The position numbers and the translations under genes are program-made. Below, piece after piece: positions 56,475-64,000 of a stretch of DNA of 64,000 bases (position 1 is its first letter; each line of letters starts with the position of its first letter). Source of the stretch: Clostridia bacterium (lineage in GTDB: Bacteria > Bacillota > Clostridia > Oscillospirales > RGIG8002); the NCBI GenBank assembly GCA_017616855.1, contig JAFZXI010000077.1:6710-70709 (forward strand). Reading direction: 5' to 3'. The notes beneath the pieces were generated by a model. The model saw only the letters and a program-made list of their open reading frames with translations, ran no database searches and was not told the origin of the DNA.

Positions 56475-57642
56475 CCACTCTCTTTATAATGTCGAGCGCT
56501 TCGTCGATGATCGCCTCGTTGTGCGTGGCCATGAGACTCGTGCGGAGCAGGCATTCGGTGGGTGTCGTAGCGGGCGGAAGCACCGGATTGACGTAGACGC
56601 CTTCGTCAAAGAGTATCTTGCCGATTGTAAGCGTTCTTACTTGCTCGTAGGTATAGAAGGGAACTATCGGAACGCGCTTGTTGTCGGCGTCGCGGATCGC
56701 GAGGCCGCGTTTCTTCATTCCGTCGCGCAGATATTCGGCGAGGTCGCCGAGACGCTTGACGCGTTCGGGTTCGCGCTTCATGATTTCGAGGGCTTTCAGA
56801 GCGGTCGCACAGCAAGCGGGGGGGATTGAGGCGCTGAAAATGAAGGGGCGCGAGGTGTGTCTGACAAACTCGCAAACTTCGTTGCTGGCGGCCATGTATC
56901 CGCCGAGACTTGCGAGCGACTTGCTGAAAGTTCCCATGATAATATCGACTTTATCGGTCAAGCCGAAATAGCTTGCCGTGCCGCGTCCGCCTTCGCCGAT
57001 AACGCCGAGGCCGTGCGCGTCGTCAACCATGACTCTCGCCTTGTATTTCTCGGCAAGTTCGACTATTTCCGGAAGCTTGCACATGTCTCCGCTCATACTG
57101 AAAACGCCGTCGGTAACGATCAGTTTTCCGGCTTCAAGCGGGACCTCGGAAAGCTTCTTTTCGAGGTTGGCCATGTCGTTATGCTTGTATCTTATTATTT
57201 CCGCGTAGCTGAGTTTGCAGGCGTCATAGATGCTCGCGTGATTCTCGCGGTCGTTGAAAACGTAATCGTTTTTACCCGCTATCGCGGAAATTATGCCGAG
57301 GTTGGACTGGAATCCGGTTGAGAAGGTAACGCAGTCTTCTTTGCCGACAAAATCCGCGAGCTCGCGCTCAAGCTGATTGTGTAAATCAAGAGTTCCGTTG
57401 AGAAAACGCGAGCCGGAGCAGCCGGAGCCGTACTTTTCAAGCGCTTTAACGCCTGCTTCTATGACTTCTGGATGAACGGTCAGACCGAGATAGTTGTTCG
57501 AGCCGAGCATTATGCGGCGTTTGCCTTCCATAATGACTTCGATATCCTGCTTTGATTCCAATTCGTGAAAGTATGGGTAGATACCCATTTCCTTAACGTC
57601 TTTCACTAAATGGAAATCCCTGCACTTTTTGAACAGCGGCAT
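56458..57642 (-). CDS. PLP-dependent alpha-oxoamine synthase, serine-palmitoyltransferase-like
   Basis: AOS family (…LGSNNYLGL…, …GSGCSGSRFLNGT…, DDAHGLG, PLP-Lys in GTFSKSLASLGG). The GTFSKS and C-terminal …YVNPVLPPATTP…LLRTSLMATH segments resemble SPT more than Kbl or BioF, as I recall those families. Confidence 0.85.
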   Translation of the reverse strand: MPLFKKCRDFHLVKDVKEMGIYPYFHELESKQDIEVIMEGKRRIMLGSNNYLGLTVHPEVIEAGVKALEKYGSGCSGSRFLNGTLDLHNQLERELADFVGKEDCVTFSTGFQSNLGIISAIAGKNDYVFNDRENHASIYDACKLSYAEIIRYKHNDMANLEKKLSEVPLEAGKLIVTDGVFSMSGDMCKLPEIVELAEKYKARVMVDDAHGLGVIGEGGRGTASYFGLTDKVDIIMGTFSKSLASLGGYMAASNEVCEFVRHTSRPFIFSASIPPACCATALKALEIMKREPERVKRLGDLAEYLRDGMKKRGLAIRDADNKRVPIVPFYTYEQVRTLTIGKILFDEGVYVNPVLPPATTPTECLLRTSLMATHNEAIIDEALDIIKRVVEENA

Positions 57643-57670
57643 AATATGACCTCCAAATATTTATAAGTTG

Positions 57671-57699
57671 ATTATACACTTTTAAGTCTGATATGTCAA
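57671..57699 (-). promoter_or_regulatory. consensus sigma-A promoter for the AOS-SDR operon
   Basis: Minus strand reads TTGACA (57699-57694), 17 nt, then TATAAT (57676-57671), with GGAGGT RBS downstream. Confidence 0.65.
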
Positions 57700-57786
57700 T
57701 AAATATTTCGCGCCGCGTCCGGCTGTATTATTCGGCTAAAACATCACAGAATAATCCTATGAAAATCTGTGTTTCGGAGCGTGTTT

Positions 57787-60700
57787 ATGACGAATTCAGG
57801 GAATAGTAATCCGTTGTTTTCGGCGGGAGAAAAAGCGGGTTTTGAGTATAAGAATTGCAGAAAGGCCGTGTCGTTATCTGTCCTTCGCGGAAAGATGTTA
57901 TCCGATATGAAGCGAATCAGAAAAACATATGAAAAAGCGTCGCTCGGCGCGCTTCCGTCTACGAAAGAACACGCGCCCAGGGAATGGCTTTGCGATAATT
58001 ATTACCTCATCGACAGAGAGGGAAAGTCGACTGCTTCGTCGCTAAAACGCCGTGCGAAGGTAGCCGCCGCTCATGACTGTTTGCCTGTTGTGTTTCATCT
58101 TGCGTCGTCTTTGATCGAGGCGGCGGGAAAGGTCGGAAAAGAAGAGATAGAAGTATATCTTTCCGGCGTTCAACGCGAGTATTTGCTTTCTAACGCGGAA
58201 TTGTTTCTGTTTCGTGATATGCTGACAGCCGCCGTTGTTTCCGCGATAGCGAAAGAGTGTAATGCGATTGCATCTGGCGAAGGCGGCAGTGCGGAGCTTA
58301 TGTCATGCTGTGTCGGGACGCTTCGCGTTATGTCCGGAGCCGATATGTCGGAATGTCTCGAGAAGCTGAGCGCGTCGGAAGTGTATCTGCGCCGCGATCC
58401 CGCCGGCGTTTACTCTGATATGAGCGAGGAGACTAAAGAATACTACCGCGAGTGCGTTGCGGAAGGAGCGCGGCGCGAAGGCGTCGGCGAAGCTGAGTTT
58501 GCGAAGGCGGCGCTCGAAAAAGCCGAGCGCGCGACAGGAGGGAAACGCGAAAAGCACATAGGACTGTATATTGTCCCGGAAAAAAGCGCCGTATGCGGAC
58601 GGATATTTACGGCGGTCTACTATTCTGCGCCGTTTATTATCGCTGCGGCTGCGTGGTTATTGACGGGGAACGCAGTCTTTACGCTGATGCTGCCTGTGCC
58701 GTTATGGTGTTTATGGTATGCCGTGCAGGAAAACGTTGCGGGCGCATTTGTCAAGCGAAGGTTCGTGTGCTCGCTCGATCCGGAAAAGGTTGATGTAACG
58801 CGTATTACCATTGCAATTTCGTGTCTCCTTACGTCGCCTGAGCAGGTTAAGAGACTCGCTAAAAGTCTCCTGCAGGTTAAGCTTTCGGGAAGGGGCGTCA
58901 GATGCGGACTAGTTGCGGATTTAAAGGAAAGCGTGACCGCCGTGCGTCCGGAGGATTCTCATATACTCGCGGTCGCCGAAAAGGAGATTGCGAAGCTCAA
59001 CGACGAATTCGGCGGCGGTTTTTTCGCCGTTGTAAGAAAGCGCAGTTATTCGTCGGGGGAAAGGAAGTATATGGGACGGGAACGCAAGCGCGGAGCGATA
59101 AACGAGTTTGTCCGTTATATCAACACCGGAGTATCCGATTATGCTTCTTTGACCGGAGATCTTAAAGGCGTTGTCGGGAGCGAGTATTTGCTCACGCTTG
59201 ATGCTGATACTTCGCTGTCAATCAATGCCGCAGCTGAGCTTACCGCGGTTTTGGAACACCCTATGAACAAAGCGGTCGTGGTTGACAATGCTGTTAAATA
59301 CGGGTACGGAATAGCGGTTCCGAAGTTGACTACCGATATCGAATCTTCCTCACGCAGTTTGTTTTCCCGCATATTCGCGGGATCGGGCGGTTTGCACAGT
59401 TACGGGGGAGCAGGCGGAGATTTGTATATGGATCTTTTCGGAGACGGGCTATTTACCGGCAAGGGATTGATTGACGTAAAGGCATTTAATGCGGTTATTG
59501 ACGGAGCGTTTCCGGATAACAGAGTCTTAAGCCACGACATAATCGAAGGCGGCATACTACGGGCTTGTGTCGTCTCGGAAACGGAACTTTCGGATTCTTT
59601 TCCGACAACTGTAAAAGCGTGGCTGATCCGCGCTTCGCGTTGGATCCGCGGAGATTTTCAGAATGCGTTTTTTCTCAGAAGGAATCGTAAAAACGCAAAA
59701 GGCAATACAGTCAGAAACGAGTTCGGTTGTTCCGACAGATTCAAGCTGTTTGATAACATACGCCGCGCGGTTTCGCCGGTTTTCATCGCGTCGGCGTTCG
59801 CCGTTATTGCGTTTTCTGATTATCAGTATAAGCCGTTAGTTCTCATATTGCTGCTTGCTTCGGCTTCGGCGGGCGAGGTCGTTGCGACGCTCAGGGGCAT
59901 TTTTAAGCCGCGCATCGCGTTCAGGAGGTACATTACCCGAGGGTTTTCGGCGTTTATGGCCGGCTGCGCCAGAATAATACTCAATGTTATGATGCTGCCG
60001 CAGCTTGCGGCGATAGCGGTTTATGAGGTTGTAAAGGCGCTTTGGCGCGCGCTCGTATCTCATAAGAATATGCTTGAATGGCTGACCGCCGCAGAGGCCG
60101 AAAGCGGGAAAAGAAACGGTATGCTCGATTACTATCTGTATTTCCGCTTTACCGCGATTGCCGGAATAATGTCGATGCTGAGCGGCAGGATACCGCTTGC
60201 GGTCGTGGGAGCGCTTTGGCTGCTTGCGCCTGCGGTTTTTTGCGAAATATCGCGACCCGGCGTGTGGAAGACGCGTACACTGAACGCCGAAGACGAGGAG
60301 TTTTTGTATTCGTTTGCCGCTGCGACGTGGCGTTTTTTCGACAGATACGTCACCGAAGAAACAAACTATCTTCCGCCTGATAACGTGCAGTATTCGCCAT
60401 ACCGCGTCGCGATGCGCACGTCGCCGACGAATATCGGATTGTATTTGCTTTGCGTGCTCGCGGCCCGCGATCTCGGCTTTATTGACAGCAGGGATATGTG
60501 TGAGCGTTTGACGTCGACGCTTGAAACGCTGAAAGCGGCTGAAAAATGGCACGGTAACCTTTATAACTGGTACGACCTGAAAACTATGGAGCCGCTGAAA
60601 CCGGAGTACGTTTCGACTGTAGACAGCGGCAATCTGCTTTGCTGTCTTACCGCTTTGAAAGAGGGGGTTAAGGATTATTTTTGGGAGTGCCCGGAGTTGA

Positions 60701-63700
60701 AATCCGTTTCCGAGGCGTGTGAAAAACTCGCTTCCGAAGCCGATTTATCAAAGCTTTACGATGAACGCAGAAAACTGTTCTATATCGGATACGACGCCGC
60801 GGTCGGCGTTTTCGGAAACAATATGTATGACATTCTCATGAGCGAAGCGCGCATGACGAGTTATTACGCGATTGCGAAGAAGATTGCGAATAAGCGGCAT
60901 TGGGGTATGCTCGGCCGTTTATTCGCGGGCGTCGACGGCTACGTAGGACCTGTGTCCTGGACCGGTACGATGTTCGAGTATTACATGCCGCATCTTCTGC
61001 TTCCGGTCGTATCGGATTCACTCACCGACGAGGCGCTCCGCTACGCGCTCTATTGCCAGAAAAAACGCACTTCCGCGAGCAAACTGCCGTGGGGTGTTTC
61101 GGAAAGCGGATTTTACTCATTTGATATGGGGCAGAACTACCAGTATAAAGCGTTCGGCGTGCAGAAGCTCGGCTTGAAGCGCGGGCTTGACGAGGAACTT
61201 GTCATTTCGCCTTATTCGACCTTTTTAACGCTTCCTTTTGCTCCGGCGGATTCAACCGCGAATCTTAAAAAGCTCGTCAATATGGGAATGAACGGTGAGT
61301 TCGGATTATATGAAGCCGTTGATTTCACCGCCTCGCGTACGGGCGGCGGTTTTGCGATTGTTAAGAGTTATATGGCGCATCACATGGGCATGACGCTTGT
61401 TTCGCTGACTAACTGCCTTCTCGGCAACGTTATGCAGAAACGTTTTATGCGGGACACAGACATGCGCACGGCTCAGAAGTTGCTTGAAGAGGCGATATAC
61501 GACGGCGTTTCCCTTTATAAAGGCATCAGCGCCGCGGATGTCAGATACAAGGCGAGAAGACTCTCGGAGGAAGGCGTCGTCTGTTCTGAATGCAATCCCT
61601 CGAATCCTCGGGCGCTTTTGCTGTCGAACGGCGAGTTTTCAACCGTCATAACCGACGGCGGCAGCGGCTTTTCGAGATGGGACGGCATAGACGTTTCTGT
61701 TCACAGAAGGGACCTTGCGGCGAATCCTTCAGGCGTTTACGTGCTGCTGAAAGAGGAGAAAAAGCCGGCGTTTTCCGTTACCGCCGACCCCCTGCGCGAC
61801 TGCACTCCGCATAAGGCGGAGTTCGGCTCCGCATCGGCGGTTTTCACCGCTGTTAACGACGGGCTTGAAGCGGCGATGAGCGTCAGCGTTCACGGCAGGA
61901 TACCAGCGGAAATCAGGGTTATCAAGATTGGTAATACAGAAAAGCGAAAAAAGGATACGGAACTCTTGATTTATACTGAACCGGTTATGCAAAACGGGCG
62001 CGACCACGCCGCGCACCCTGCGTTTTCTGATCTGTTTATAATGTGCGAATACCGCGAGGTCGAGCGCTGCCTGTTGATGTGGCGCAGGGGTGAAGATGAA
62101 GAGGAGGAAGCGTGTGTCGCGTACGGGTTTGCCGACCCCGATACCGCGTTTGAATTCGAAACCGACAGAAGCGCCGTGTTGAATAAAGGTATGGGAGTAT
62201 TCTCAATCGGCGAGGCGTTTTCAAAGGAGTTTTCCTCCGCCGACGGAACGCCGGTGATTCCGTGCGTTGCGATACGGACTCGTTTTTCGCTTCGCGGAGG
62301 CGACAAGAAAAAGACGGTATTTCTTCAATGCGCCGGCAGGAACAGGGAAGAGGCGGTTTCGCGATTTATGCTCGTAAGGAAGCAGAGCGTGCAGAACATG
62401 ATGAAAACGTCATGGGAATCCGCGGGCAACATGGCAGCTTCGATTTCGTGCACGGCGTCGGAAAACCGCCTGCTCCAGACACTTTTGCCGCGCGTGTTTT
62501 TTGACACCCCTAAAACCCGGGCCACAGCTGAAGCCGTGCGTTTTAATACGCTCGGAAAAAAGGAGTTGTGGAGTCTTTCGGTTTCCGGGGACAATCCGAT
62601 AGTCGCCTGCGCCGTTTCCGGAAAAGATGATCTGGAACGAGCGGCCGCGCACATCAACGTACGCAGAATCGCTGCGGTTAAGGGCGCGAGATACGATCTT
62701 TGCATCATTTACGGAGAGGGCGGAGCATACGACGGTGAATTGCGCTCGGCGCTTGAGGATATCGCGTTCCGCAACGGCGGAAAAGGAATATATCTTATAG
62801 ACGCCGCGAAGGCGGGATATGAAAAGGTGCGTCTGCTTAAAGCCGCGAGCGTCTACGCCGAGGATTGCGGCGAAACAGATGTAAAAGAGGTTGCGTCTCA
62901 TAAGTCGGAGCCGTTCACGGTTTTGTGCGGGGAACCGCTTGCCGACGGCGCGGAAACGGAATCTTTCGTTCCGGGCGGAGCTTTTGAAAAAGACGCTTTT
63001 ACCGCATATCCGCAGAAAAGCAGCAGCCCGTTGCCGTGGTGTTTTCCTTTGGCAAACGAGTCGTTTGGTACGCTTGTTTCGGATTCGTCGCCGGGGTTTT
63101 CGTTTTTTCTGAATTCGAGGTTGAACCGTCTTACTCCGTGGAGCAACGACTATATGGCGGATAATATCGGCGAAAAGCTGTTTCTTAAAACCGGAGAGAG
63201 GTATTATGACCTGACTCACGGCGCTTTTGTGCGTTTCGGTAAAGGATATGCTGAGTACCGTGTTACCGCAGGGGGATTTTGCGTAAAAACCGTTGTATCC
63301 GTTCACGGAAAAATGCCGGTCAAAATAATCCGGGTTTCAGTAGAAAACGCGTCGACTGAGTTGGCTGAAACCTCGGTCGCGTATTATACCGAACCGCTTC
63401 CGGACGACAATGCGCAGTGCCTTGTTAAGTTATCGGAACGCGGCGGGATGCTCTTTGCGGAGAATCCTTATAACGACGATTATCCGGAAATGTGCGCCTG
63501 CCTTTCCTGTTCCGAAGAAGTGCATTATGTTACGGGGAGGGAAACCTTCCGTTCGGGAGAATGGTCGTCAAAAGGGAACATTACCGAAAAACCGTGCGCG
63601 GCAGCGATATCGGATATGAATATAAAACCGGGCAAGACCGCAACCGTTTCGTTTTTCTTTTCGATGGCAAGAGGTAAACGGGCCGCGGCGTATCCGCACA

Positions 63701-64000
63701 GGTTTTTTGCCGCGTATCCGGATAAAGCTTTCGATAATGCGGACGGCGGCGAACCTGCGTATAGGATTAACACGCCGTCTGAGGAACTTGACCGGCTGAT
63801 TAACTTTTATCTGCCGTATCAGGCGAAAGTGTCCAGGGTATTGAGCCGCACCGGATTTTCGCAAAACTCAGGCGCCTACGGATTCCGTGATCAGTTGCAG
63901 GACGTCTGCGCTATGATTTGTTCCGACCCGGATCTCGCGGAAAGGCACATATTGAAAGCGGCCTCGGCGCAGTTTGAGGAGGGGGATGTGCTTCACTGGT
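57787..64000 (+). CDS. giant GT84/GH94 multidomain protein (cyclic beta-1,2-glucan synthase-like); C-terminus beyond window
   Basis: Absent from the ORF track because there is no stop before the window end. I checked frame 1 at several points and found it open from 57763 to 64000 (>2070 codons). ATG 57787 has GGAG 7 nt upstream. GT84-type blocks (…ERKRGAINEF…, YLLTLDADT, LSHDIIEGG, RWIRGDFQN), TM stretches, then GH94-type blocks (…AMRTSPTNIGLYLL…, …YQYKAFGV…, …YGFRDQLQD…, …EEGDVLHW at the edge). Confidence 0.85.
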   Translation, partial: MTNSGNSNPLFSAGEKAGFEYKNCRKAVSLSVLRGKMLSDMKRIRKTYEKASLGALPSTKEHAPREWLCDNYYLIDREGKSTASSLKRRAKVAAAHDCLPVVFHLASSLIEAAGKVGKEEIEVYLSGVQREYLLSNAELFLFRDMLTAAVVSAIAKECNAIASGEGGSAELMSCCVGTLRVMSGADMSECLEKLSASEVYLRRDPAGVYSDMSEETKEYYRECVAEGARREGVGEAEFAKAALEKAERATGGKREKHIGLYIVPEKSAVCGRIFTAVYYSAPFIIAAAAWLLTGNAVFTLMLPVPLWCLWYAVQENVAGAFVKRRFVCSLDPEKVDVTRITIAISCLLTSPEQVKRLAKSLLQVKLSGRGVRCGLVADLKESVTAVRPEDSHILAVAEKEIAKLNDEFGGGFFAVVRKRSYSSGERKYMGRERKRGAINEFVRYINTGVSDYASLTGDLKGVVGSEYLLTLDADTSLSINAAAELTAVLEHPMNKAVVVDNAVKYGYGIAVPKLTTDIESSSRSLFSRIFAGSGGLHSYGGAGGDLYMDLFGDGLFTGKGLIDVKAFNAVIDGAFPDNRVLSHDIIEGGILRACVVSETELSDSFPTTVKAWLIRASRWIRGDFQNAFFLRRNRKNAKGNTVRNEFGCSDRFKLFDNIRRAVSPVFIASAFAVIAFSDYQYKPLVLILLLASASAGEVVATLRGIFKPRIAFRRYITRGFSAFMAGCARIILNVMMLPQLAAIAVYEVVKALWRALVSHKNMLEWLTAAEAESGKRNGMLDYYLYFRFTAIAGIMSMLSGRIPLAVVGALWLLAPAVFCEISRPGVWKTRTLNAEDEEFLYSFAAATWRFFDRYVTEETNYLPPDNVQYSPYRVAMRTSPTNIGLYLLCVLAARDLGFIDSRDMCERLTSTLETLKAAEKWHGNLYNWYDLKTMEPLKPEYVSTVDSGNLLCCLTALKEGVKDYFWECPELKSVSEACEKLASEADLSKLYDERRKLFYIGYDAAVGVFGNNMYDILMSEARMTSYYAIAKKIANKRHWGMLGRLFAGVDGYVGPVSWTGTMFEYYMPHLLLPVVSDSLTDEALRYALYCQKKRTSASKLPWGVSESGFYSFDMGQNYQYKAFGVQKLGLKRGLDEELVISPYSTFLTLPFAPADSTANLKKLVNMGMNGEFGLYEAVDFTASRTGGGFAIVKSYMAHHMGMTLVSLTNCLLGNVMQKRFMRDTDMRTAQKLLEEAIYDGVSLYKGISAADVRYKARRLSEEGVVCSECNPSNPRALLLSNGEFSTVITDGGSGFSRWDGIDVSVHRRDLAANPSGVYVLLKEEKKPAFSVTADPLRDCTPHKAEFGSASAVFTAVNDGLEAAMSVSVHGRIPAEIRVIKIGNTEKRKKDTELLIYTEPVMQNGRDHAAHPAFSDLFIMCEYREVERCLLMWRRGEDEEEEACVAYGFADPDTAFEFETDRSAVLNKGMGVFSIGEAFSKEFSSADGTPVIPCVAIRTRFSLRGGDKKKTVFLQCAGRNREEAVSRFMLVRKQSVQNMMKTSWESAGNMAASISCTASENRLLQTLLPRVFFDTPKTRATAEAVRFNTLGKKELWSLSVSGDNPIVACAVSGKDDLERAAAHINVRRIAAVKGARYDLCIIYGEGGAYDGELRSALEDIAFRNGGKGIYLIDAAKAGYEKVRLLKAASVYAEDCGETDVKEVASHKSEPFTVLCGEPLADGAETESFVPGGAFEKDAFTAYPQKSSSPLPWCFPLANESFGTLVSDSSPGFSFFLNSRLNRLTPWSNDYMADNIGEKLFLKTGERYYDLTHGAFVRFGKGYAEYRVTAGGFCVKTVVSVHGKMPVKIIRVSVENASTELAETSVAYYTEPLPDDNAQCLVKLSERGGMLFAENPYNDDYPEMCACLSCSEEVHYVTGRETFRSGEWSSKGNITEKPCAAAISDMNIKPGKTATVSFFFSMARGKRAAAYPHRFFAAYPDKAFDNADGGEPAYRINTPSEELDRLINFYLPYQAKVSRVLSRTGFSQNSGAYGFRDQLQDVCAMICSDPDLAERHILKAASAQFEEGDVLHW

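Overview
This 64-kb chromosomal window comes from a moderately GC-rich, spore-forming Firmicute. It is probably a Clostridia, Ruminococcaceae/Oscillospiraceae-like organism, because several secreted proteins carry dockerin modules, but that placement is only a guess. Most of the window is housekeeping. It holds ligA, gltX-metG, the conserved tig-clpP-clpX-lon-engB block, lysA, hom-lysC, deoC-deoB, mreB, comFC-recD2, metK, yajC and proC. It also holds an FMN-riboswitch-controlled ribU, one tRNA-Ser(GGA), and the sporulation/cell-wall genes spoVM, a VanY-type peptidase and a NodB deacetylase. Accessory content falls into five groups. (1) An ECF sigma/anti-sigma pair is followed by three secreted genes, two with dockerins and one lipoprotein trailed by an orphan dockerin tail. 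(2) A SCIFF RiPP precursor sits next to its radical-SAM maturase. (3) A glycan block contains a dockerin protein, a dockerin-tagged GH92 and a GH78. (4) A serine-palmitoyltransferase-like alpha-oxoamine synthase and an SDR form an operon. (5) Divergent from that operon is a giant GT84/GH94 cyclic-glucan-synthase-like gene that runs off the right edge. Several real features are missing from the supplied ORF track. These are both edge-truncated genes (1..379 minus strand, 57787..64000 plus strand), the 26-aa spoVM, a 47-aa membrane peptide and the 47-aa SCIFF precursor. The least explained structure is the ~460-nt segment between tRNA-Ser and an HD-GYP gene. It has a three-fold repeated core, hairpins that differ by compensatory substitutions, an embedded intrinsic terminator, and a perfect 23-nt inverted copy of the tRNA-Ser 3' end. 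I found no integrase, transposase, CRISPR array or recognisable defence genes. The many long ORFs antisense to real genes look like GC-bias artefacts.
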